DNA of 44,168 nucleotides, counting the filler, from Sphacelaria rigidula (Eukaryota): the NCBI GenBank assembly GCA_964200075.2. It is 2 parts of 2 records of this genome, joined end to end, with 100 filler letters (N's around TTAATTAATTAA, not from the genome) between each part and the next. Parts side by side here need not be neighbours in the genome. Positions count along the whole stretch, not along the records: positions 1 to 22,035 come from CAXNAA020000363.1; 1 more part is not named here. One strand, written 5' to 3'. Below, one piece after another: positions 1 through 12,612 of this stretch (its first letter is position 1; each line of letters opens with the position of its first letter). The position numbers and the translations under genes were made by a program. Under the pieces are notes generated by a model that saw only the letters and a program-made list of their open reading frames with translations, had not been told where the DNA came from and ran no database searches.

Positions 1-515
1 CGACCGTGCGACAACACCCAGGCACCTTACGAGTGATAGCCACCGTGCTGGTCAGCGCTGACAAACACACGAATCGGCACCGGCTGATTTAGACCCACCC
101 CCAGCCGCGTACATCTACTGGCAGTAAAGATGCTGCTGACACTGCTGCTGTTGCTTCTTCTCCTTCTCGTGCGGAACGCGATTAGAACGGCGCGTGGTTT
201 CTCGTGATGCTGCAGAACATCTGTGTTGTTTTCTGTTGAGTGTAGTACTCTTTAGTGCATACACCACTGCAAAACTATCTTGTCTTTAGTGTACTGCCCT
301 GTACTCGAGATAATGGGGTCATGGTTCGAGCAGTTTTTCAAAAAGTTATCCTGGCTTTTCAAAAAGGTTTTAAAAAATTCCGCTCGTTTTTGACAAGTAT
401 TCCGGGAAAAACGAGAGTGTTTTCTGTCACAGAAATCTATAGCCGAATCTGGAATAGCCTGAGACAACAACCAATTTGAAAATTGGAATTTGAATCGAAC
501 CGGCGGGGATCTTAC

Positions 516-1511
516 CTGCAGCGTCAGGCCCGCCGTGTCTTGACTGTCTATCTCTGGGGGTTTCAGCAGTTGGGTAGGTTTCGCTCCCGTGACTGCCCCG
601 CCCCCCACAGTCGCCGTTCCTACCCCACTCGCCGTTGCCTCCTCCTCCTCCCCCAAATCTCCATTCTCCAGCGTCGACGGGACATTAACAGCAATCCCGT
701 CAAGGAACACGTCCCCGCACCTCTTTAGCAACTCGCCGTCGCCGCTGTCGTTTCCCAATGACATTTCTCGCGCTATTGTCAGTAGTCTCGTCGGCAGCAC
801 TCCTCCCAGGAGGCGCCGTTCCTCGCGCCGGTGATCTTCTCTCTTACGGGAGATCTTGGGCGGAACCACACGCTCTTTCTCGGTGGCGCAGGCGTCGATA
901 GGACTTGCTCCCTCACCCTGGACTGAACCAACTGCGGAGGGCTTTCTGGTGTGAACGTTCGATACCGCCACCTCCGACGCACTGGTCGCGAATGATGAAA
1001 TTATTCCTGTCTCCGTTTCCACCCCCTCGCTCTCTATCGTGGCCTGATCAGCAGTTCTACGTGACGAAGCCCCCGTGACTTGAAGGGGGACAGGAGGAGG
1101 TAGAGATATTGTTTTCGCCATTTCTGAACGAATAGGTTCTGCACGCACCGGGGAACACCAAGATTGTTCGGCGAAACTAGTTGGGGAAGGCAGCGGATCC
1201 CAGGAGGACCGGTGTTGCCCTACAGCGATATCCAGGCTGATAGAGCACGGTGTAGCAGGGGAGACCGGTGTAACGGGTGAATCAGGGGAAGGTGGGGTTC
1301 GCGGCAAGCTGGACCAGGAGGACCTCGATTCGGGAGAGGCGGCCTCGCTGCTGATGGTTTGCCGTCGAAGCGTGTTCGGAGAGAACGGGAAAGATTGTTG
1401 ATGTCGCCGGGGAGACGCAGGTTTTCGTTGGTGTTGATGCTGTTGCGGCTGTTGTTGCCGTTGCTGTTTCGACCGCAGTGCCGGAGAAGGAAATATCATG
1501 CCCTTAAAGAT
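516..1511 (-). CDS. 5-phosphatase gene exon (large low-complexity insertion)
   Basis: ggatag|ATC..CAG|gtaag; 996 nt, phase 0 at both ends; corresponds to the first part of ORF 252-1499. Confidence 0.8.
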
Positions 1512-4500
1512 CTATCCGGGGGAGGGGGGAAGGGGGGGGGGGGCAGGGTATCGTGTATATGCGTGCGCGCGGGAGGTGAACACGTATGCGTGAGGTGATG
1601 CGAGTCCGGCGTAACGTCGTCGACGACGTCATACGTGTTTATCTTCAATATATACATATTGTCGTAGGGACAATGGCAGTTTCTGAAGATTTTTTCACAA
1701 TAGGCTCGTATTCATGTGGAAGGTAATGTACCCGTATTCCATTGTTTTTCATCAACTATAGTAATCGAACAAACAGGATTGTCCTCGAAATAGTTCTCCT
1801 TGTCCCCCGCCTAATAACCCAACCCTATGCTCTCACCAGCCGCACCCCCTATGGCCCATCGTGTGCTCGTCCACGCAAACAGATGAGCGCTACGTCGTGT
1901 GTGGCGTTATCGGATTGCTCGCGATGCCCTTTGCACCAATGCGTTCACTTCACCTTAACAAAGTTATCGTTCCTAGCGCGAATGTTTTCTCGGTGGGCGG
2001 CCAGGTGCGAGGACACGAAACACACAGAGCTGTCATGTACTCGAAAGCGCACCCCGACACCTCCTTTGTTGCCCATCAACCCCAGCATGCCCGCTGTCAC
2101 GGTACCTATCGCAAAGGCATCGTCAGCCAGGGAATGCGTGGGCGCGTGTGGGCGTGCAGGAACATGCTTGGAAAGAGGATGTGGCGTGTCCTAGGCTCAT
2201 CACATTTCACAGTTCTAAGATGGATCCACGAGCGTCTTTGTTTTGGGCTGTGCTACTCTTCATCATGAGCGTGGTACAGACGGCTATAACGCAGGTGTCG
2301 GCGCTCAAGTCTGGGCAGCATTGTGCGCTGACGCACTGTTCTGCTCGGACAAACGGATGCAGTTAGGTCGACTGATGATTGCCCAAGGTGTCGCAATCGT
2401 CTTAAGGTCGAAGGCAGACGCCCATCCATCGCTTCTTCTTCCCCAACGGGGGTGTTTTATTCGCTTGGATTCACTTCGAGGAATAGCTGTGCGCGCATTG
2501 TCGTGACGGCGCAGAGGCATGCGCCATGTGTTTCAAGTTTTGAACGATACCATAGACAGCAATTATATGTTAGAGTTTCTGGTCCCTCAACCGCACGCAC
2601 TGTCTCGGGACGCTCCCTGGCTTCGGGCCAAACGATCAGTTTACCATACAGCTTTTGCTTCTATGAAGGGACACAGCGATATTCAACTACTTTATGTAGC
2701 AATTCGCCTCCCGAATCTCTGTATTGCCATCTTCCTTATCTGAAGCTGTTGATGCTGATCACCGAAGTTAAACCATCGCAACCCTCGACATGACAGGTGA
2801 CATGAAGAAGGACGAATCGGAATTGCACCAACTCACCTGTACGTACGTCCGCGACAGATGGCAGCATAGCCGTTCTGACGAACACGGCGAGCCAGGTTCC
2901 CACAAGATGCTCCTTTGCGACGAGCACGAATGACGGCTGGCTCAAGCAGCTCTCGCCTGGGCCGCGTGAGTCCTCGCTTACACCAGCCATGATCACACTG
3001 CGTGATCGTGTAAGACGACGAGACGCCTCTTGCAGCGGATCGATGCCACGGCTAATGGACCCGATTGTGGTGCTCCATTTGGAGCTGTTCAGCGGTTGTT
3101 CTTCTTCGTCGTCCGATGTGTCCCAACTGGTCTCGTCTTGATTGTTGTCGTTTGCTGCAGACTGTAGACCGTTTCTGTTCAAAAGTGGGAGTACCGCATG
3201 GGCAGGTTTGCAGCATTGTCCATGACATCGACTCTGTGTTTTAGCCGCCCTGGCTCATTTCAGATGCTGGCACGGGCTGTTGAATGCTGTTTGGCGAAAA
3301 AAACGAGTGGAACCGCGGATTCTCCGAGGAGGGAAGCAAGATATCATGTACTGTCGCCTAGACGTGAGAGAGGACCTTCCGCGTGAAGCCGGAAAGCGAC
3401 AGCGTTACAGCGCACGGACCAGCGAGTGTTCGCGCATGCAATATCGACTTAGTTTGCCCCTGTATCCGCGTATCATTCGATCTGAGCCTACCTAGAGCAA
3501 AGAATGTAAGAACCACGCATTGACCACCGCACCGGTTCACACACTATCCCATGAAATGTGCAGAACCCTCAAGCATCGGACATGTAAATACCGAATTCCA
3601 TTCGTACATTCTTGCGTATCAGAAGAGCCTACTCTACAGCCCCACATGACCACAGTGGAATGACAACGAGGTGTGGTTTTTTGCGGGGTACATAACGGCA
3701 TGTACGAAGGTGCGATCAAACACAAGTTGGACAAGGCAGTGGAACACCTCCAGGACACAGTTTGTGGAACAACGCAACGACATTAATCACACAATCTCAT
3801 CGGTGCCGCAAGAGAAGAGCTTATTCTATACTACCATGGATCTTCAGTGAACGGTAACGAGGTCAGGTTCCTTCTCTGAGGTACGCGGTGCCACCCTGTA
3901 TGTTGGGGCTGTGCTCAAGCGTGATGTGGGTAGAGAAGAAGGCAATGAGTCAAGCCGCGACCTCATTAACCCTTTTGGAACCCAGTGCCGATTTTTGTTT
4001 CTGTAAATCGGCATCACCCTGAATTGAGAATGACTGAAAATCATGCCGATTTACGAAAACAAAAATCAGCACTGGGTTCCCAAAGGGTTAACTCCTTTTC
4101 ATTCAGCTAGCAATTACGCATCAGGGGCACGTCATAGATAGCGTGGCACATATTATGAGGGGGTAATGGTTGTAGAGACATGCGATTGCACATGTAGTTT
4201 ACATGGTAAAAACGGCAGTATCAGGCTTTTTTTTCTCCCACCGGTTGGACGGGATTCCTTCATCATCGCTGTCTTCGCCCTGATCTTTTTCCGGCGAAGG
4301 AGATGTCGAGAATTGCGTAGTGCTCTTCCTTTTGGCTCGTTGTGACAGCCGGTTCAGCGTTGAAGCAACGCATTCTTCCCACACAGAACTCATTCTCTGC
4401 GGGACGCGAGAACAGGAAACACACTTGTCATCGAAATATTTTCACAGATGGCAATGGGGGCAAGCTCGTTGACTGTCGGAAACATTCAGCAGGTGCCCTC

Positions 4501-7500
4501 GCAAACGTGTAAAAAAAACAACCGGATATTGTTGAATCTTTGGGTGCACGAGGCGTTGACTGGGTGTAGGAAATACCTCCATCACTTGCTCGCTGCACTG
4601 CGCCGAAATACGGCAGCAGGTATCACCCATTCATCTGTGAACTCGTCGCTCCTAGTCAGTCAACACCATATTCGTGGTTGCCGGTGGTTCGTTGTAATAT
4701 CATGCGGGCGAAGGAACACAGCCGAAGTAAGTTCGGTGTACCGTGCGGGCATATCGGCCAGTTGGCGTTCTCGTGTCTTCTACAGAGCGTATCACGTCTG
4801 GTTTGGTATTTCAAGGCATGACTGAGATCATTTTTCACATGAGATGGTCGAAGAGTTGTGGTATTTACGATCTACTGTGGTAAATGCTGTGGCCGCCAGT
4901 GTCACCTCGAACAGGCGTTTCCCTGCCAGACCCGTTGGTGATCATGGGGATTTGTACCCTCTATCGGGGTGAAATACGTCTGATGACCAGTGGATTGGCC
5001 TAAGGAACGGCTGGGGCGTTCACATAACGAATCAGAGCTAGATACGCGTTTAGTACAAACTGCTTTTCTCTGCATATATCGCAGTGAGGCCGCGTTGCCC
5101 ACTTTTAAAATACCAGAGAATTATTTAAGCGCACAAAAGGGGAGATTCTGTGGTCCAGTCTCCGCGACCCGCCTCTCTTACTTGCAAAACAAATGGCACA
5201 CGGCAAAGTACTGATGCGGTCAAGTAGGCGCAGACGCAATCAGTGGAGACTGATGTTACACACTGTGCTGTTATTTGTAGCCAATGATGGAAAAGTCGAT
5301 TGACCCCGTCTTCGCAGTACAACTGAGTACAGCACTGTACACGACAACGACCACACAGCACAGCACAAGTTTTTGAGCATGTCATGCACAGCGTGACACC
5401 ATAATCATGCTCGAGGCGCGAGCTAGCACTATCCCGAAATTAGCGGGGCACAACAAGCGACGAGGTTTTTCGGTACAAGAAATTTGCACGCATGCTCAAG
5501 TTTCTCCTGCTTATGAAACTGGTTGTTTTATGTAACAAATTTTGTCCCACATTTCAAATATGTAGTCTCGGGTGCTTATAGGTGGTTTTCCGATCATGGG
5601 GTTACTGCACCCGGGAATGGATCCTGTCAGTTTTACACATCCCAAGCGGGTACAAGGGTTCGTGATCTTACTTGACTATTTTTGTCCATCGCGACATTGA
5701 CAGCGTTCAGGTCCACAACCTCCTGTAGACCGATCGCATAAATATCTGCCATTCCGTCTGCACTGGTTCTCTTACTCCCTTTACTTCCCTCCTCCTCGTC
5801 TTGGTCATCTCTGCTTTTCGAGTCGGAGGCAGACTCCGCCTTCTCAGCCACTGCGTCTTGTTCGTCGTTTTTTGGGGACAGCCATTCGTATAGCCACCGC
5901 TGCAGGCACGGTAGGAGAACGATGCAACGTCGGTGTGAGAGGGATCAATCCCTGTGTTGTTAGCCTGAGCAAGTGGCTAATAGCACAGGGTACCTAGGCC
6001 TTGTGATATACAGTTTGTTAGAAGGAAGTGTCTTTACCGTAGCTCTCCGCGATTGGTTGTCACACCTCTTGCGCAACTATGCTACTGGTAGCTGATGTAG
6101 CTGATTAATGGTATTGTCAGCTCACCGGATCCGTAGTCTTGGGTTTCTTCGCGTTCACATTCCACGTGCCGCAGTACACGTCGAACCCCTCCAAGGTGAC
6201 AAATTCCGACTTCCTACCGAGGAAACGAACACAGATAACAACATGACCCGCCTGGCACCAATTGACTGCCTGGACTGCCCGCTCGAAACGACACACGCGT
6301 GTTTTTATTCAACTGGCGCTTGTAACTGGCCAGACGAGGAAGGTCACCGACAACAATAACATGATGGTCATGCAATGGAACGGGTAGTCGAGATAAGCAG
6401 GACTGGAGATTCAGCATACGGTCTGTATAACTGTAGAAACATCCTGTTCCGCTGCAGCACGTACACAGTCTAGAATATATTATTTTTCTATGGCCACCGC
6501 CTCGATGCCTAGACTCCCGAGTCTGTCATGGTCAACACAGCACAATATCGAGACTTCCTAGGGCAAAGTCGTGCGACATTAAGATAACCCCATGCACGAA
6601 TCCTGCAGTGATACGGCTTGCTCATTACTCTCTCGAATATTTTGCTGGGAGCTCCCTCATTAAAGTGTTCCATGGCGCGTCGAACAATCCAACCCAACCC
6701 ACACCACACAGAATCCACTCCACGCAGGGCGGCTGGTACATCATGACAGTCTCATCCCTAAGGCATCAATCCTGCGGTGGCGCTGGCAGGTGTCTCACCT
6801 GTTATTGATAAGCTTTATGACATCCTCGCGCTTCTCATCTGGCACCAGGTCAAGCAAACTGGGCAACTTCATGCTCGATTCCGCGATCTTAAGCACCTTA
6901 AAATCATCCACTAACTCTGAAGAAGATAACCCGGTTGCAGTCACGGATGACACGGGTCTACTTTTCAGGGTATCGATCGCTTTTCGTCGCAATCTTTCCC
7001 CCAGTCCGGCCCTGCCAGGAGAGTCTGGGCTTCTGACTGGCGGCATGTCGTCGGGTAATTCCAGCACTGTTCGATTGATACATATTTTCAAGAATCATGA
7101 AACGGAGGAATGGATGTGCTGGTAAGTTCGATGCCATGGGCACACAGAAGAATCGCAACCTTTCGCGGATGTGCGTACCTCGTGGTGCGCATCTGTTTCG
7201 ACGTGTGTATCTCTACATGGTCAACAGTCGCGTTTGAAACAACGGAAGCATTTTGGTGACTTCCAAGCTCCTTTATGAAACCGTCGACAACATCAACGTC
7301 CATATTCTTCTGAAATGGGCTTCACCGTCTTTCAGATTATCGCACAACTTGTCTCGGGTACAGCTATCGGGGGACGGGAGGTAAATACAGAGATACGTCA
7401 GGCTGGTCCAGGATGGCTGCGCACCACAAGCCGCACCAAGCTACCTTCATAATGACAGTTCATGTTGGCTGTATTCTACAAGTCACACTAAGCCTTCTTT

Positions 7501-8636
7501 GAAATTCCCGTCCAGGGTGGCTGTAAAGAGAAAAATATAACATCGCTTGTAGTTTACTGATTGGCCACAAGAAACTCATGAAGCCTGAATGACCCCTATT
7601 CCTTGGTCGACGAGTGATATCATTCACTACCCTTGTGTATCGGAGGTACACTTTGCAATAAAGCTCTCTCTTACCTCCGGTACAACTCTTCTGGGAAGCG
7701 CTACGTCGAATACCGCTGTTATTGCCGAAACTTATCGACATCGTCCGCCTCCGACCAAGCCGTTTGATACCCGCACCCCCAGCGTGAGCTCCACTCTCGG
7801 GCCCACCCCCGGCGGTAGTAGGTCGCACTGCTGGCGATGCATCAGGAGGTGACTCATGGTTTGTATTCACCGTTTCACCATGCCCCATCATTACTCTGGT
7901 GGCAGCACGCAATGAGCTTGGACTGAGGCTATGGCTCATCCGTCGGCGTGCGCGCTTAAAGGTAGATACAGGCATTATAGATCCTTGAGGCGGCGAGGAG
8001 TCTTTGAATGGGGATGTAGATGCCCCGGTCGCTAGCAGCTGCACGGAACTTCGGGACCATGGAGGTTCTCGGCTTGAGCAGTGTTGACCAGTCTATTCGT
8101 ATGGACGTATGCAGGTGGAGAGCAACGCGGAGTTTCTGGTGGGAACCACCACTGCGGGCAAGACAGATGGACCTTAATGGTCAGCTCCATGGCCACCACA
8201 TACAACTGATATGTGGCGAGCGTTCTGCCGTGTTCGACGACCGTCTCTTGGTCGCACTAATGGTATACGATTCAAGGGATTCGTTATGTGCTACACGCAC
8301 AGCACAAATTGCGGGAGTGACAAAGCAGTGTACGCCAAGCACCCCATGTATGCACCTTGGACCATTTCATACTTCAGCAAACGATGTATTACTTACGGAT
8401 GTCCACGGCTGGGGTGATGAGCCCTCAGTGCGCTGGGTATCGGGGCTCGGCGAACAAGCAAGCGACTTTGTCAGAAGTCGACGCAGCGGTGACGGCGTGG
8501 GTGATCGTGCATTAGTCCCTTCCTCAGGCAGTCTTGTTGCTTCATGCACAGCAGTATCGGCATTCCCTTTCTCGTTCTCTACTGGGTTTCGGCTGATTTT
8601 GGTCAGCACTTTCTTCATGGTGCTGCTGTTTAGCAT
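516..8636 (-). CDS. Inositol polyphosphate 5-phosphatase (OCRL/INPP5B/synaptojanin-type catalytic domain); multi-exon gene, 3' part extends beyond the left edge of the window
   Basis: Phase-consistent GT-AG exons: 8373-8636, 7675-8038, (7489-7520 uncertain), 7179-7309, 6799-7032, 6126-6213, 5672-5899, 4242-4396, 2837-3174, 1954-2105, 516-1511. The spliced protein has the family motifs RKSEFVTLEGFDVYCGTWNVNAK, DIYAIGLQEVVDLNA, LVAKEHLVGTWLAVFVR and GLMGNKGGVGVRFRVHDSSVCFVSSHLAAH. The later motifs WxGDxNYR and PxWCDRIL were not found in the window. Confidence 0.9.
1954..2105 (-). CDS. 5-phosphatase gene exon (GNKGGV and HLAAH motifs)
   Basis: cgatag|GT..AAG|gtgaag; encodes GTVTAGMLGLMGNKGGVGVRFRVHDSSVCFVSSHLAAHRENIRARNDNFVK. 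Confidence 0.92.
2837..3174 (-). CDS. 5-phosphatase gene exon
   Basis: gaacag|A..ACAG|gtgag; encodes ..FVLVAKEHLVGTWLAVFVRTAMLPSVADVRT. Confidence 0.85.
3970..4087. mobile_element. piggyBac-like hairpin MITE in a 5-phosphatase intron
   Basis: TTAA on both sides (3966-3969, 4088-4091); CCCTTT..AAAGGG termini; almost the whole element is an inverted repeat. Related copy at 39203-39318. Confidence 0.8.
4242..4396 (-). CDS. 5-phosphatase gene exon
   Basis: ccgcag|AGA; encodes RMSSVWEECVASTLN..; donor CG|gtggga. Confidence 0.75.
5672..5899 (-). CDS. 5-phosphatase gene exon (GLQE motif)
   Basis: ctgcag|CGG..CAA|gtaag; encodes RWLYEWL..ADIYAIGLQEVVDLNAVNV. Confidence 0.9.
6126..6213 (-). CDS. 5-phosphatase gene exon (GTWNVN motif)
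   Basis: cggtag|G..CCG|gtgag; encodes KSEFVTLEGFDVYCGTWNVNAKKPKTTDP. Too short for the ORF track. Confidence 0.9.
6799..7032 (-). CDS. 5-phosphatase gene exon
   Basis: Encodes SPDSPGRAG..EDVIKLINNR; donor AG|GTGAGA; its phase-2 end matches the following TWNVN exon. Acceptor position is less certain. Confidence 0.65.
7179..7309 (-). CDS. 5-phosphatase gene exon
   Basis: Acceptor tttcag|AAG and donor AG|GTACGC; encodes KNMDVDVVDGFIKELG.. The join to the upstream exon needs the uncertain 7489-7520 micro-exon. Confidence 0.5.
7675..8038 (-). CDS. 5-phosphatase gene exon (Ser/Arg/Gly-rich N-terminal region)
   Basis: Acceptor cgtgcag|CTG and donor GAG|GTAAGA, both inside ORF 7460-8044. Confidence 0.65.
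8373..8636 (-). CDS. 5-phosphatase gene, putative first coding exon
   Basis: ATG at 8636 (MLNSSTMKK..); donor GAA|GTATGA; phase 0 matches the next exon. Confidence 0.6.
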
Positions 8637-8949
8637 GGACAGGTGTGCAGGTTCGCGTGCGTCAACAATCCCGGGATGCAGAGCCAACGCTCGTCGCCCA
8701 TTGCGTACGATCGACGCAGTTAACGCGGAGAATGAGTGGTAGATGTGTAGGCTGCTCTAATCGTATTGTAGATGCTTGCAGGCGCACAGCAGTGCTCCAC
8801 GCTGTGGCGAAGAGCTCTCACGGGTGAAGTGCGACATGGAAAGATATCAATTTCCCCGCATCGTTCACGAAACGGAACCAGTCTCGCCGCTCCGTGCCAT
8901 CCCGTTGACCGTTTACGTCAGCTGACCATTACTATACCACAGCCTACCT

Positions 8950-9380
8950 GGTATTACAAGCGAAAAAGCACAGATCCCGTCTGATGCCTCGACGAGAAAG
9001 AGCTACTCGAATACCTCGACCCGCCGAGCCACCTCCAGGGTACGATGGGCCGTATACCAGTACCCGGAAAATTCTCATGAGCAGAAGGCCTCGGCCGTCC
9101 GGTGCCCCCCCCTTGGCCGTGGTCAACGGAGTGCGGCCATCCATGGATCAAGTACTACCCCAGGTAGATGAAGACAGTCGCTTGTCCAAACGCTCAGGTT
9201 CGGCGGGAGTGAAGGTACAGGGATCGGCAAAAAATGGTGATGAAGGTCGCCTCTTGGATTCGGTTGGCAAGGAAATTAAAAACTGCGACGGACCAGCAGC
9301 CGTAGGCCATGGCGGCACGCCCCCCTGTGACCTGGGAGCGATCATTGTCCCAGCAAGGTCGGACATCGAGAGCTAGCTGT
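8950..9380 (-). pseudogene. Possible degenerate LINE (RTE-like) reverse transcriptase fragment
   Basis: Minus-strand translation includes AFGQATVFIYLG, resembling the RT 'FxYLG' motif region; interrupted by stops and frameshifts. Confidence 0.3.
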
Positions 9381-11760
9381 GTGGATGAATGATGCGACAT
9401 ACATAGTTACCTAGCTCTATATTGTCGCCCCTACAATCAAGAGTTACAGCCCTGGGCTCGCCGAGCAGGAGACTGAGAAAAACTGACAGGATGCGGGTAC
9501 AAGCGCCCTAACTCGTACAAACTCACCCCGCTACAGGTGTGGGGAGAAGTATGTGATGGAGATGAACAACACCAAGATCGCCTTTGGGGAAAAAATGGAA
9601 GTCAGCACAAGAAACGGGACTCAGCCGTAGTCGAACGCTCACCCCTAGTCGAGATCACTGGAGGGACGAAATTAGCCACCCGCCGTACTCGCAGCCAGCT
9701 GATTTGGTTTCGGAATTATGGAAGCTTGCTCAAGAGGACTCGTACTATATATAGTGTGCGTCCCAGTACCCGCCACACACACTGATGAAACAATGACTAA
9801 ACCCACGGGCAGCTTTTTAGCAACCTGGCCGTGCGAGTAGGTTATTGTAGTATATGTACGTACCCTCCATCATGCGGCGGTGCCTCTTGTTCGTTCGCAT
9901 TCGAGCGGGGTGTTTCCTCCGCACAAAACATCAACTAATCAATCAAACAGGACCAGCCAGAGTTAGATGTGCCCCGAGGAAGACGCGAATGTGACAAGTG
10001 CACTGTGTTAACAAAAAACGTGAAATGCCCAACCCATGTTAAAGGGCCGATATTGTCGACGAATAAAAAAAATGAGAGAAGGTCTGAAATTTCGGCAATT
10101 GCCGAGGGCTCATTATTATCTTGATCTACTCTTGCTGTTAGATGTCTCATTACAGATGGTACTGATCTCGTCGTTTGCTTGCCTTCGCCGGCAAAATAAA
10201 GGGCAGCGTTATGCTACCTACTCGTGTATGGCGTTTATAACTGTGGTAAACATCCTTCTCACACCCCTTCTGTGACTCGGGGGAGCAGTCGGACAGGCTA
10301 GGGCGTGATCGACCGGCTCGCTCGGGATGCTGGAGCGGCACACATGAGTGAAAATACCGACTGCAGAAAGCCCCGTAGATAGATTGCAGCATGCTTGATT
10401 TCTGTGAGTTGTATGCGCAGATACACCCAATTAAACCCCCAGCTATACACTTTTCAGACGGTGCGGTAGGGTACACACGTAGCAGAATACCAGGCAAGTA
10501 GATAGCTTCTGGATTGTTTCTGCTCTTCACTTCGAAAGTGCGTATGTCTGCAAACGACGACCACCGTGCTTGATCCCCAAAGCTCCAACACCGCTGCCGG
10601 GGCACAAACCGTCTAAGGAGATAGATACCGCCACCCCGCGGTGCTTTTTACCCTACGACAAAGCCCAGGGTGTCACTAGCAAGATTCCTGATGACTATCG
10701 CATGCTTGCGAGCGCCACGGCGTGCGCCAAGGGCAGCTCTGCAGAGTATTGTGCTGGGGTGCGAAAAATCGGACTTTCGCCAAACGTGAAGGCTTAGCGA
10801 AAAAATCTAGCCGCTTCATTTTGGGAGAAGGTGCGAAAAAAAGTGCGAAAACGCCTAGAATTAGGACGATCTCCCAAAACACTGTGTCGATAATAACGGC
10901 CCTAATACCAGGAACTATTGGACTATTTTTGCCCTGTTATCGATCCGGCAAGCACCATCCTCGTCGCTGGGCGGCGACAAAACAAATGGAGGTGATGTCA
11001 GTGGTTTCAGCAAGCGTGCTGTGCTGTACTGTGGTTATGCGCAACATCCTCTCACCTAAACGCTCGCATGTTCTAGATGCCGATCCAAGCACAAGGGGCC
11101 CACATTGTTGGAGTGATTGACTGATTGACTGCCGCGCATTAAGTGACTCACCACGAATCTAGCCGTGGCCATAAGATGGATATACACGACTTAAATAAGC
11201 TGCAACACTTACCAACAGAAACTCGAAATGGTGGATGAAAACGAAAAATGAACAAACAATAAAAATAGTAGAGGAATTGTAGAGGAAGCCAGCGGCATAC
11301 GAGGAAGCAAGAAAGTTAGGTTCAGATACCCATCGGTCTGGTGTTGTCGTCTACGCATTTCCCCCTTCCCCGATGGCTCGACTTCTGCCGCATTGGTCTC
11401 GTAGCAAATTCTTGGCACACCCACAAGCCACAACAAACCCGGGGGGTATGTTGGGACGGCGATGAAGTTGTAACCAGATCGCCACCGACTCGACGGCTTC
11501 TCGTTGATGATATGCATGAAAATGTGATGTGCCCCACACATATGCACGGCAACCTCGGATTTCCCTTCATGAGGCAGCTAACACCTAGTGAACCTCTGTA
11601 TAATACCCGTTTTATCGTATATCCCGGCGTTCCGAGGGAACACCGATGAAGCAAGAGGTACCTCAAAACGCTACTGAAGTCGCCATCGAAGGTCACACAC
11701 TTGGTGGGGTTGTTTCGAGTGTTACACAAAATGTGTCGGCGACAGTCATCGAGTGCAGCA

Positions 11761-12188
11761 AACACGAGATGTTACAAATTAGGGATGGATCTTTTATTGG
11801 GAATGAAAACCCGGAGGATTCAAATCTTTGTATCCACACCAACTTTTCGAATTATTCTTCCATTTCTCTACTTTCTGGTAGCTATTGACAACTACTCCAC
11901 GCCACAACAATTTGGATTTCGATAACCGAAATGTGGGGGTCCTAGGTGACAAACCAATTTTGGGGGTTTCAGGTGTCGGATCGGACGCCAAAATTGGTTT
12001 TACCTGGGACCCTCACATTTTGGTTATCGAAATCCGAATTTGTATGGCGTGTAGTAGTTGTCAATAGCTACCAGCAAGTGAAGAAATGGAAGCGTACTTC
12101 GACGATTTGGTGTGGATACGAAGATTTCAAGTCTCCGGGGTTTCATCCCCAATAAAAGATTCATCCCCACTTTGTAAAATCCCGTGTT
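11761..12188. mobile_element. Foldback MITE, copy 1 (ACACG..CGTGT ends)
   Basis: About 200-bp imperfect arms in inverted orientation around ~11975; homologous copy at 42976-43370. Confidence 0.8.
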
Positions 12189-12255
12189 AGCAGTCACCAA
12201 ATACAGATAGACAGAAATACACACAGGTATACACAGGCACACACACACACATACA

Positions 12256-12459
12256 CATGAATTTATATCCGCTGACCTGTCACGTATTCTTATCCACCCT
12301 TGATATCACCACGATCCGGTGAGTCAGATAAAACATCTCATTACACAGGCACACACACACATGGATTTATATCCGCTGACCTCTCACGTATTTTTACCCA
12401 CCCTTGATTTCACCACGATCCGCTGAGTCAGATGAAATATCTCGTTACACAGGCACACA

Positions 12460-12531
<72 letters not shown>

Positions 12532-12612
12532 GATTTATATCTGCTGACCTCTCACGTATTCTTATTCACTCTTGATTTCACCACGATCCGGTAGGACAGA
12601 TGAAACATCTCG
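12256..12612 (+). repeat. Three tandem ~100-bp units separated by (CA)n tracts, including a long (CA)n microsatellite at ~12463-12529
   Basis: The unit catggatttatatccgctgacctctcacgtattcttat..caccacgatccg..cagatgaaacatctc recurs at ~12256, ~12359 and ~12527. Confidence 0.9.

Noticed and set aside
25-232. Next 5-phosphatase exon
   Set aside because: Candidate acceptors exist, but no phase-consistent exon with family motifs could be fixed.
252-515. C-terminal part of ORF 252-1499
   Set aside because: It lies after a strong CAG|GTAAG donor at 516/515 and is AT-rich; read-through into an intron.
8020-8742. 240-aa plus-strand ORF
   Set aside because: Antisense to 5-phosphatase exons, spans an intron, and has no recognisable domain.
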